Shown: positions 1 to 6,805 of the stretch, piece by piece | Numbering within the stretch: position 1 is the first letter of the stretch | How the letters are laid out: the number at the start of each line of letters is the position of its first letter | Virus record (IMG/VR): IMGVR_UViG_3300015195_000018 | Span: 1 to 25,246 of that record | Strand: one strand, 5' to 3' | Source of the DNA: a virus | Taxonomy: Duplodnaviria; Caudoviricetes | DNA: 25,246 bases | Made by a program: the position numbers and the translations under genes | The notes under the pieces: generated by a model | Database searches by the model: none | What the model was told of the DNA's origin: nothing | Seen by the model: the letters and a program-made list of their open reading frames with translations, nothing else

Positions 1-1
1 C

Positions 2-316
2 GAAGCCGCTGCCCGCATCGCCTCCCTCCTCGCCGAGAACCGGGCGCAAGCGGAGGAGTTGGAGCGGCTGCAAAACTTGCGCGTTGAGCGGCACGAATGG
101 GAACAGGCACGGCGCGACAAGGACGATGCGCTAGAGCTATGGCGCAAGGAAAAGGCCCGCGCGAAGGAATTGGAACAGGACGCGGCGCGGTATCGGTGGC
201 TGCGGAATCAGGGCGTGATGATGGTCGACACCATGCACTTCTACCGCAACTGGCCGGCCGACTATCAGGTGGACAAGGCTATTGCCGCCGACGCCCGCAA
301 GGCAGCGCCAGAGTGA
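2..316 (+). CDS. Phage coiled-coil protein with DAARYRWLR motif (Ead/Ea22-like), 5'-truncated
   Basis: Frame is open from base 2 (EAAARIASLLAENRAQAEEL...). DAARYRWLR is a motif common in temperate phage accessory proteins. The TGA stop overlaps the next ATG. Confidence 0.7.
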   Translation, partial: EAAARIASLLAENRAQAEELERLQNLRVERHEWEQARRDKDDALELWRKEKARAKELEQDAARYRWLRNQGVMMVDTMHFYRNWPADYQVDKAIAADARKAAPE

Positions 317-519
317 TGAGCCGCGTCTACAAGTCGGTTGAGCCTGGCGAATTGATTTACCCAGTGATGAAAGGCTATCGCCTAGCCTGCTGTGACTGCG
401 GCCTGGTGCATAAGGTGGACTTCGGGGTATTCAAAGGCAAGGTCCTGTTTCGGGTATGGCGCGACAACAGAGCTACCGCCGCCCTTCGCCGAGAGGCCGC
501 GAAGAAGGGAACAGCATGA
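316..519 (+). CDS. Small phage protein with CCDCGLVH putative Zn-binding motif (67 aa)
   Basis: TGATG coupling at 314-318. Translation MSRVYKSVEPGELIYPVMKGYRLACCDCGLVHKVDF... ATGA overlap with the next gene. Confidence 0.75.
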   Translation: MSRVYKSVEPGELIYPVMKGYRLACCDCGLVHKVDFGVFKGKVLFRVWRDNRATAALRREAAKKGTA

Positions 520-710
520 CCGATGCGTTGCGGCGCGCGAAACGCGGCATAGCGGACGCGCGGATGTTGCTCGATCTTGTTAACGCGCAAGCAGAAGATG
601 AGGGATTGTGGTTCGTCGCGCAAACTGCGCCCGAAGCTTATCTACAAGCGGCGCTCCGAAAGCTACACGCAGCCGTTGAGAAAACGAGCAAAAGCGATGT
701 TCCTCACTGA
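516..710 (+). CDS. Small phage hypothetical protein (64 aa)
   Basis: ATGA overlap at 516-519 with a purine-rich RBS-like stretch (AAGAAGGGA). The segment QAEDEGLWFVAQTAPEAYLQAALRKLH looks like a recurring phage family. Confidence 0.7.
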   Translation: MTDALRRAKRGIADARMLLDLVNAQAEDEGLWFVAQTAPEAYLQAALRKLHAAVEKTSKSDVPH

Positions 711-903
711 CGACGAGCTGCGCAAACTCACCGGCTTGAAGCGCCGCAAGGCGCAAGTCGCTTGGTTGCGCTCGCGCCGAATCCGGCACTACGTCAACGC
801 GCTCGGATTCCCCGTCGTCGCATTGACTTGGCTCGACAGCGGCGCCGATGTCGTGATTCTACGCGCCCGGCCCAACCTTTCCGTCATCCGAAAACAAGCG
901 TAG
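697..903 (+). CDS. DUF4224-like protein, probable excisionase / recombination directionality factor (68 aa)
   Basis: MFLTDDELRKLTGLKRRKAQVAWLRSRRIRHYVNALGFPVV matches the DUF4224 pattern. It lies immediately upstream of the integrase. Confidence 0.85.
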   Translation: MFLTDDELRKLTGLKRRKAQVAWLRSRRIRHYVNALGFPVVALTWLDSGADVVILRARPNLSVIRKQA

Positions 904-904
904 A

Positions 905-1861
905 GTGCCGGCCGTGGGCCGACACCGCACCCGCGACTTCGATCTACCGCAAGGCGTTTACCGCAAGCGCGACCGCTACTACTTCGGCGCCGCCGGCATC
1001 GCGCTCGGCGGCCCGGCCGAATGGCTCGGCAAGTATGCGGAGCTTCGAGGCGACGCGCCGACCGGCACGTTCACCGACGCGGCAACCATGTACCGGCGCG
1101 ACGAGCTGCCGCGCAAGGCGCCAAAGACCCGCGACGAGTACGGCCGGCAGCTCACAATGCTCGTGCGCGTTTTCGGGAACGTGCGCCTCGACGACATCGC
1201 CCCCGGCGACGTGCGCGATTTCCTCGACCTCCGCCCCCGGATCGCCGGCACCCGCGAGAAGGCTTTGCTCTCCGCCGTGTTCAACTTCGCCCGTGGCAAA
1301 CGCCTGACGAACGCCCCGAACCCGTGCGCCGGCATCCGTGGGCACAAGGCGACCCGGAAGCGTTACGTCACGGACAAGGAGCTGTCGGCCGCCGCCGGAC
1401 GAGCCGACCCCGTGCTCGCCGATTTCCTGCGGCTTTGCTACTACACCGGGCAACGCCCCTCCGACGTGCTCCGCATCTGCCCGGCGCACGCCCAGGATGG
1501 GCGCCTCCGCGTCGATCAGGGCAAGACCGGCGCGACGGTACGGATCAGACTCGCGGGCCCGCTGGCGACCGTTTTCAAGCGTTTGGCGAAGGGGCGCGGA
1601 CAGCTCGTGCCGCTGATACTCGGCGCCGACGGCGGCCGGACATCGCTCGCCACGCTGCGCAAACGCTTCGACCGGCTCGCCCTTGGTTGGCAGATCAGGG
1701 ACTTACGGGCGAAAGCCGCGAGCGACTTGCCGGATGTCGCCGCCGCGCGCGGGTTGCTCGGCCATGCCAACGAGAGCACGACGGACGCCTACAGGCGCAG
1801 CCGCAAGGGCGGGAACGCCGAGCCCTTGATGCGCCGGATATTGGACAAGCGCCCCCGATAG
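905..1861 (+). CDS. int: Phage integrase (tyrosine recombinase)
   Basis: Catalytic motifs TGQRPSD (R), QGKTG (K), IRDLR (HxxR variant), LLGH and TDAYRR (Y). Adjacent to a tRNA-derived att core. Confidence 0.95.
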   Translation: MPAVGRHRTRDFDLPQGVYRKRDRYYFGAAGIALGGPAEWLGKYAELRGDAPTGTFTDAATMYRRDELPRKAPKTRDEYGRQLTMLVRVFGNVRLDDIAPGDVRDFLDLRPRIAGTREKALLSAVFNFARGKRLTNAPNPCAGIRGHKATRKRYVTDKELSAAAGRADPVLADFLRLCYYTGQRPSDVLRICPAHAQDGRLRVDQGKTGATVRIRLAGPLATVFKRLAKGRGQLVPLILGADGGRTSLATLRKRFDRLALGWQIRDLRAKAASDLPDVAAARGLLGHANESTTDAYRRSRKGGNAEPLMRRILDKRPR

Positions 1862-2043
1862 TGGACGCCTGTTAGTGGGCACTATCGCTGGCGGAGAGTG
1901 TGGGATTCGAACCCACGAGACGGGGATAAGCCGTCTACCAGATTTCGAGTTAGCTCGACAACCTAGCCGGATCAGGCGCTTACCGCACCGGCCGTCCAAT
2001 ATCGGAGCTCGAAACTGCCGGGCACAGCTCGAGAATTTTGGAC
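1838..2043. repeat. Putative integrase arm-type binding repeats, consensus ATA(T/G)TGGAC
   Basis: ATATTGGAC 1838-1846, ATAGTGGAC 1858-1866, TTAGTGGGC 1872-1880, inverted GTCCAATAT 1994-2002 and ATTTTGGAC 2035-2043 flank the core. Confidence 0.65.
1889..1950 (-). tRNA. 3' fragment of tRNA-Ser(CGA) forming the attP core; not a complete tRNA
   Basis: Minus strand reads ACTCGAAATCTGGTAGACGGCTTATCCCCGTCTCGTGGGTTCGAATCCCACACTCTCCGCCA. It has anticodon loop CTCGAAA, a long variable arm (AGACGG/CCGTCT), T-arm GTGGG-TTCGAAT-CCCAC, discriminator G and CCA. The D-arm and 5' acceptor strand are absent. Confidence 0.92.
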
Positions 2044-2044
2044 G

Positions 2045-2290
2045 TCACCCGGAGCCAAGATCACCCTCGACCGCCTCGACCCGAGCCGCATCGTTCCGGA
2101 TCGCCTTGTCGCAGTGATCCGGATCGAACCAATCGAGCACGGCGCAGAGCCAACAGCCCCACCGCTTGCCGGCGTTCCGGGCGATTCCGGCCGACGCCGA
2201 TATCGTCATGTCCGGCGGAGCGCCGCGCAAGGTATTGCCGAAGTCGTCGAGCCCGACGAGCACGTTCGCGAAATAGGCTTTGATCCCCAC
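2045..2290 (-). CDS. Conserved-looking phage hypothetical protein (~81 aa)
   Basis: GTG start after AGGGGG. The pattern NVLVGLDDFGNTLRGAPPDMTISA...WLCAVLDWFDPDHC resembles a widespread small phage protein family. Confidence 0.7.
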   Translation of the reverse strand: MGIKAYFANVLVGLDDFGNTLRGAPPDMTISASAGIARNAGKRWGCWLCAVLDWFDPDHCDKAIRNDAARVEAVEGDLGSG

Positions 2291-2298
2291 GGCACCCC

Positions 2299-2784
2299 CT
2301 ACTGGTAGACCGGCGACAGCATTCCCTTGCTGAACGAATCGACGTAGCCGGCGAGCCGCGTCGAGTCGGGGACCTGTCCGCGATGATCGTCCGCCCAGGC
2401 GATCGCCGCGTCGATGTCGCGCTTCGACCCGTTCAGCACCGCATAGAACAGCCCCGTGTATTTCATGGAGTAATTTTCCTCGGCGTACAGCAGGAACGCC
2501 ATTTCGGCGTGCGTCAGCGACGCAACGTCGACGGGCCCGTGCAAGTGCTCGGCCGACATCTGCGCCTGTTGCGCGGCAAGGTTGGCATCCCTTACCGCTA
2601 CCGCCGCGTGCCACGCATCGGCCTCGGCTTGCGAAGTGAACGGCGTACCGTCATCCTTCGCGCCGAATTCCAGCCCCGGCGAGCCCGATGCCCCCGTAGT
2701 CCCTTTCTCCGCGTCGTCGAGAGCGGTCGCCACCGTTATCATCTGTTGCCCCAACGCCCGCAGTTGTTCCGATAGCTTTGCCAT
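2299..2784 (-). CDS. Hypothetical protein (161 aa)
   Basis: ATG at 2784 with AAGGTG RBS-like sequence. Protein-like composition and in-operon position. Confidence 0.7.
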   Translation of the reverse strand: MAKLSEQLRALGQQMITVATALDDAEKGTTGASGSPGLEFGAKDDGTPFTSQAEADAWHAAVAVRDANLAAQQAQMSAEHLHGPVDVASLTHAEMAFLLYAEENYSMKYTGLFYAVLNGSKRDIDAAIAWADDHRGQVPDSTRLAGYVDSFSKGMLSPVYQ

Positions 2785-3070
2785 GATCCACACCTTTCAG
2801 TTGTGCGCGCCGCGCGCGCTCGTCAATACACATTTGCACCGTCGCCGCATAGCCCGCAGCGTCAACCATGTTGTCTCGCTTCGGCCGGTTGACTTGCCGA
2901 GCGATCTTTACGAGCATCATGTAGATGCCGTGTTCCTCCGCCGTCTGCGGACCGCGCCCCCACAACGCCATCGCCATCCCGACAACCTTCGAGAAGTCGT
3001 CGAGCGGATGTCCGTAGTCGGCGCCGCGATCGCCCCCCACCAATCCATCAGCCTCGCGCAAGATGTTCAT
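2651..3070 (-). CDS. DUF6378-like protein (all-alpha nucleotide pyrophosphohydrolase-like)
   Basis: MNILREADGLVGGDRGADYGHPLDDF...MMLVKIARQVNRPKRDNMVDAAGYA matches the family pattern. ATGA-coupled start at 3070. The C-terminal tail overlaps the next gene. Confidence 0.8.
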   Translation of the reverse strand: MNILREADGLVGGDRGADYGHPLDDFSKVVGMAMALWGRGPQTAEEHGIYMMLVKIARQVNRPKRDNMVDAAGYAATVQMCIDERARRAQLKGVDHGKAIGTTAGVGATDDNGGDRSRRRGERDYGGIGLAGAGIRREG

Positions 3071-3186
3071 TTGAAAGGCCACCCTTCGTCCATCGCCCAG
3101 CGACGGCAGCGCGCTTTCATCAGAGCCGCGCCGGCCGCCATCCCAACGAGGAAAATGACGGACAGCCAAGTTAGGCTGATGTTCAT
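3067..3186 (-). CDS. Small single-TM membrane peptide (39 aa), absent from the ORF track
   Basis: MNISLTWLSVIFLVGMAAGAALMKARCRRWAMDEGWPFK. ATGA overlaps at both ends (3183-3186 and 3067-3070) fill the gap exactly. Confidence 0.7.
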   Translation of the reverse strand: MNISLTWLSVIFLVGMAAGAALMKARCRRWAMDEGWPFK

Positions 3187-3527
3187 GCGTCGATGAAGTC
3201 AATCGGGATTGCGTTCATCATCGCGAAGTCGATTTCCGCCGCGACGCCGATGCTCCGTTCCCAACCGTCGAGGCGTAGCACCGTCAGGAAAGAAGCGTGC
3301 TTCAAGATCGCCATGTCCTGACGCATCCAGAACTCGTGATCCGTCGGCTTGCCGAGCACGAGCCCGATGCTGTGCGAGTGAGCGATCGGACAGAACACCC
3401 GCCACCCCTCCGACATCATCCGGGCCGCAGCCTTGCACGCCGCGATGAAACGCTCGTGCCGCCGACGCTCGTTTTTGTGCGAGTACGGCGACGCCAGATA
3501 AACCAACCCCTCCCTCACGCTGCCCAA
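3183..3527 (-). CDS. DUF1937-like / nucleoside 2-deoxyribosyltransferase-fold protein
   Basis: VYLASPYSH...VFCPIAHSH...FWMRQDMAIL...LDGWERSIGVAAEIDFA...IPI pattern. GGAGG RBS before the TTG at 3527; GTG at 3518 is an alternative start. Confidence 0.85.
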   Translation of the reverse strand: MGSVREGLVYLASPYSHKNERRRHERFIAACKAAARMMSEGWRVFCPIAHSHSIGLVLGKPTDHEFWMRQDMAILKHASFLTVLRLDGWERSIGVAAEIDFAMMNAIPIDFIDA

Positions 3528-4768
3528 GCTTCGCCTCCCTTTTGCTTACGATCCGGCCACGGCGCGAGAAGCACCGGCATTTGCCGCGTGATCCCGTGCT
3601 CGGGATGCGTCAGCCACAACGCTTGTTGCGCTGGCTCGAAGCCGGCGCCGAGCAAACGCGCGTACTCGTTGTAACCGCAGAGCGACCCATTCCCGATGAT
3701 CGCTTGCGTAGGAAAGTAGGTATGGAAATGACCGTGCATCAACGTGTCGAACCCGAGCCCGATCGGAGAATTCGACGCTTGCTTTTTCCGCGTGCCACGA
3801 AGCACCGGCCCGAAGTGGCCGATCATGCCATCGCCACCACGCCAATCGTCGCCATGAACGAGGCAATAGCGATGCCCGAACACGGAGTAATACGCCTCGT
3901 TGCTCGTCGGGATGTCGAACGTGATCCGCTTGTCGCCTTCTAGCAGCTTGGCGAGGAACGAGTACGTCAGCCAATCCAAATTGGTGAACGAGCGATTTTT
4001 CGCTCGCGGCTTTTGCGTCATGCGCCCGTGGTTGCCGGACACGCATTTGACTGTGACGTTGCCGAACTCGTCGGCGAGTGTCGTGAGCGCCCACTTGAGA
4101 ATGCCCACGAGCGTCATCAGAACCTTCAACGTCGGCTCGGCGTTCGTTTCCTTCAACTCGTCGTGAATGTCGCCGGACAGCATATCGCCGCCCAGGTTGA
4201 CGAGAATGCCGGGGTAGCTCGGATTTACCACGTCATGCCGCAGCAAGTGAATCGTGCGATCGACGAGCGTGCGGACGCGGGATTGCAGAATCCCCATATC
4301 GAACGCATTGCGGCCGTTGATTTGATCCGGGTCGATCACTTCGCCCGCGTGCCAATCCGACCACAGCACGGACGGAGCGCCCGGATTGTGCGCGCCCTTC
4401 AACGGCCGCACCGCCCACTCGGGGACCGCCACTTGCACCATCGCGTCCGCGAGCCCGATGATCTTGTTGCGAACCCACCGATCAGTCAGCTCGTTCGAGC
4501 GGAACGACTGCAATTGCGTTTGTAGCTCGAACACCTTGTCGCGGAGCTTTTGTTCGTCGGCCCCCGGTAGAGGATCAGGCTTTGCCTCGGGCTTCGGCGG
4601 AACGATGTTCGACGCGATACCGTAGAGGCGCGCAGCCTCGACGCGGCTTTGAAGCGTGCCGCGAGGAATCTTGAGCAAACGCGCCGCTCGACTTGCGTTC
4701 CCGCTGCACTTCGCTAGGGCGTCCACCGCCTCTTGCGCCAGCTCGCTGGACAATTTCGGTTGCGTCAT
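3515..4768 (-). CDS. Fis-type HTH fused to calcineurin-like metallophosphoesterase (417 aa)
   Basis: N-terminal SGNASRAARLLKIPRGTLQSR (HTH), then SDWH, GGDMLSG, SGNHGR, VHGD and HGHFH motifs. TAATG-coupled start. Confidence 0.85.
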   Translation of the reverse strand: MTQPKLSSELAQEAVDALAKCSGNASRAARLLKIPRGTLQSRVEAARLYGIASNIVPPKPEAKPDPLPGADEQKLRDKVFELQTQLQSFRSNELTDRWVRNKIIGLADAMVQVAVPEWAVRPLKGAHNPGAPSVLWSDWHAGEVIDPDQINGRNAFDMGILQSRVRTLVDRTIHLLRHDVVNPSYPGILVNLGGDMLSGDIHDELKETNAEPTLKVLMTLVGILKWALTTLADEFGNVTVKCVSGNHGRMTQKPRAKNRSFTNLDWLTYSFLAKLLEGDKRITFDIPTSNEAYYSVFGHRYCLVHGDDWRGGDGMIGHFGPVLRGTRKKQASNSPIGLGFDTLMHGHFHTYFPTQAIIGNGSLCGYNEYARLLGAGFEPAQQALWLTHPEHGITRQMPVLLAPWPDRKQKGGEAWAA

Positions 4769-5052
4769 TATTGCACCCTTCCCGAAGCGTGCGCCGTGGC
4801 AGCGATGCCGGACGCGAACTCGTCGCACGCCAGTTGCGGAAAGCGAGCGATCGCCAGTGACACGATATTGAGTGAGAGCATGACTGCCTCGCTACACGTC
4901 AACATCCCACGCGGCAGCGGAGCGCCCGCCCGATGTTCGAGCAAGCCGGCCTCGGAGAGCCGCGCGAGAATATCTCGGGCCGAGCAGTACGCGAGCGCGG
5001 CTTCGTCGATCGAGATAACGCCGTTGACCTCGATCGGCACAAACACGACCAT
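4768..5052 (-). CDS. Hypothetical protein (94 aa)
   Basis: ATG after GGGGG. Stop is coupled to the next start (TAATG) and the ORF fills the operon gap. Confidence 0.6.
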   Translation of the reverse strand: MVVFVPIEVNGVISIDEAALAYCSARDILARLSEAGLLEHRAGAPLPRGMLTCSEAVMLSLNIVSLAIARFPQLACDEFASGIAATAHASGRVQ

Positions 5053-5064
5053 GCTGCCCCCGAA

Positions 5065-6222
5065 TCATTGTTGAGCGCGCGCGATCGCAGAGCCGGCGAT
5101 TCCGGTTGCATCGCTTTCATGCACCCCGCCGAAGCGATACCGGAACGGCGTTTCGAACACGCGCGACACGGCATAGACGAGGATCGTGAGCAGACCGATC
5201 AGCGTGCCGTCAGGCGTATGCGTCGCCGAGAAATAGGTCTGCACCGAGAGCCCGACACCAACGGCAATGAGAGCCGCCAGGAAGGCGATATCCGAGTGCT
5301 TGATGAGGCGAGGCGCGATGTCGACTCTATCGCCCCGCCCGCGCGCGCCAGCGGCATCGGCGCTCGCAAGATCAGCCGCCCACCGGGCTTTGTCCATTTC
5401 GGCAATCTTGTCGATCATGGGCGCGATCTTGTCCATGTAATCGAGCGCAGATTGCTCAACAGCCGCGAGCTTTTCCGGCGGCGCGGTCTGCAACGCGGAC
5501 ACCGCCCGCACCGGATCGGATTGCCCCGTGACCTCCTGCACCTTTGCCATGACTGAGGAAACGAAAGGTTCGACGACCGACGCGGGTTGCCCGGTCAGCT
5601 TGCCAAGCTTTTCCTGCGCGAGCGGAGCGAACAGGTTGAGCACGCTCGGCAGCAATGCCAGAAGTAGACCCATGTTGAAACCCCTCGACGGTTGCGGCGC
5701 CACATCCGGCGCCGGGACAACTTTTACGTTGTTGTCAGGGACGGGCGAAACAACTTCTGCATTGTTATCGCTACCGCCGTACTGCTTGAACACTGTTTCC
5801 GCGTGCGTCGCCGTGATCCGCGCGAACGATGTCCACACGTTCATCAGCAACCGGCAAGCACTCACGGCGGCGCCGGCCTCGATCGCGTCGCGCGCGCCGG
5901 GCACGAGCCCCAGGCGCCAGACCGCGCAAGCAACCTGTTCGTCCGGCGTGAACCCGTGCGGGCCCGTGGCCTTGCACCAATCGTTGAACGTCGTTTCGGT
6001 AATCTGAAACGCGCCCGCCGCGCTCGACGTGCTATTCGGCGGATAGTCGTGCGGGTTGACAGCCTCGTGCGGAGGCGTCAAGAGCTTGTGAATGCGCGGA
6101 TGATCGGCGAACGAATCGAAATACCCGCCGTACACCACGCGCCGAAAAGCCGCGTCCGTTTGATCGGACTCGCCCTCGCGAATAACGCGAAGGAACGCCG
6201 CCAGATTTGACGAGAGGATCAC
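5065..6222 (-). CDS. Endolysin (lambda R-like muralytic domain) fused to a C-terminal holin-like membrane domain
   Basis: AFLRVIREGES, FDSFADHPR, SSAAGAFQI, FTPDEQ and NVWTS match lambda R motifs. The C-terminal half has a hydrophobic start and two TM segments ending in YRFGG, resembling GTA 3TM holins. Confidence 0.85.
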   Translation of the reverse strand: MILSSNLAAFLRVIREGESDQTDAAFRRVVYGGYFDSFADHPRIHKLLTPPHEAVNPHDYPPNSTSSAAGAFQITETTFNDWCKATGPHGFTPDEQVACAVWRLGLVPGARDAIEAGAAVSACRLLMNVWTSFARITATHAETVFKQYGGSDNNAEVVSPVPDNNVKVVPAPDVAPQPSRGFNMGLLLALLPSVLNLFAPLAQEKLGKLTGQPASVVEPFVSSVMAKVQEVTGQSDPVRAVSALQTAPPEKLAAVEQSALDYMDKIAPMIDKIAEMDKARWAADLASADAAGARGRGDRVDIAPRLIKHSDIAFLAALIAVGVGLSVQTYFSATHTPDGTLIGLLTILVYAVSRVFETPFRYRFGGVHESDATGIAGSAIARAQQ

Positions 6223-6590
6223 GCCTTCGGACGGATCGCCAGCGCAGCAACTTCGTTGTCCGGCGTGACCGTGACCGGAAAGGCGGGCGACTTGAGCACA
6301 CCGTCGTCGGCGACGAGATTCGCCGTCCCATCGACGCTGCCGGCAGTGACCGCGATATCGTTCGCCGCCGCGTCATACGAGAACGACGCGAACAGCGCGG
6401 GATTGTCGGGCGTCACCGCGATCGGGCGAGCATCCTTGATTTCACGACCGAGCTTGTTCGTTGCGACAACTTCGAAATGAGCACTTGCGCCTTCGTTCAT
6501 TTTCCTACTCCCGCGTTTGAGCCGGATCGAGAGCGATACCGGCCGAAGAAAAAACCACCATTCGATCAAAAACAAAAACCACCGAAGCAT
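6219..6590 (-). CDS. Hypothetical protein: aromatic hydrophobic N-terminus plus beta-rich (Ig-like?) domain
   Basis: TGATG-coupled ATG at 6590 and a second in-frame ATG at 6500 with GGAGTAGGA upstream. GTGA overlap with the endolysin. Confidence 0.65.
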   Translation of the reverse strand: MLRWFLFLIEWWFFLRPVSLSIRLKRGSRKMNEGASAHFEVVATNKLGREIKDARPIAVTPDNPALFASFSYDAAANDIAVTAGSVDGTANLVADDGVLKSPAFPVTVTPDNEVAALAIRPKA

Positions 6591-6805
6591 CAGGTACACC
6601 CGTATCCAACGGATAGCCGCTCTTTCAACTTTTCGATTTGCTTCTGCAACGCCTCATTCTCGTCGCGCATGGAGTGCATGAAGTTAAGCATTCCCTGAGC
6701 CTGTTCTACCGTCACCGTAACGAACTCGGGCCGCTCGTCAGCCGCTTCGTCAGCGCGCGCCAGGGCCGCGACCACCAAGAGCAGCGCGAACACGGTTCGT
6801 TTCAT
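6590..6805 (-). CDS. Secreted or membrane-anchored coiled-coil protein (71 aa), lysis-cassette associated
   Basis: Signal peptide-like MKRTVFALLLVVAALARA followed by heptad-like ENEALQKQIEKLKERL. Coupled at both ends. Confidence 0.7.
   Translation of the reverse strand: MKRTVFALLLVVAALARADEAADERPEFVTVTVEQAQGMLNFMHSMRDENEALQKQIEKLKERLSVGYGCT

Noticed and set aside
762-1875. Alternative-frame ORFs overlapping the integrase (181 aa, 284 aa and antisense ORFs)
   Set aside because: Low-complexity Arg/Pro-rich translations. The integrase frame carries all the catalytic motifs.
1889-1980. Complete functional phage tRNA-Ser gene
   Set aside because: The 5' half (acceptor strand, D-arm, most of the 5' anticodon stem) is missing. 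The fragment is better explained as an att core.
3071-3202. ORF-track N-terminal extension of the DUF6378-like gene (183 aa version)
   Set aside because: The region is better explained by the 39-aa peptide with ATGA coupling. Similar over-extended starts were trimmed at 4828, 7092, 7759 and 24428.
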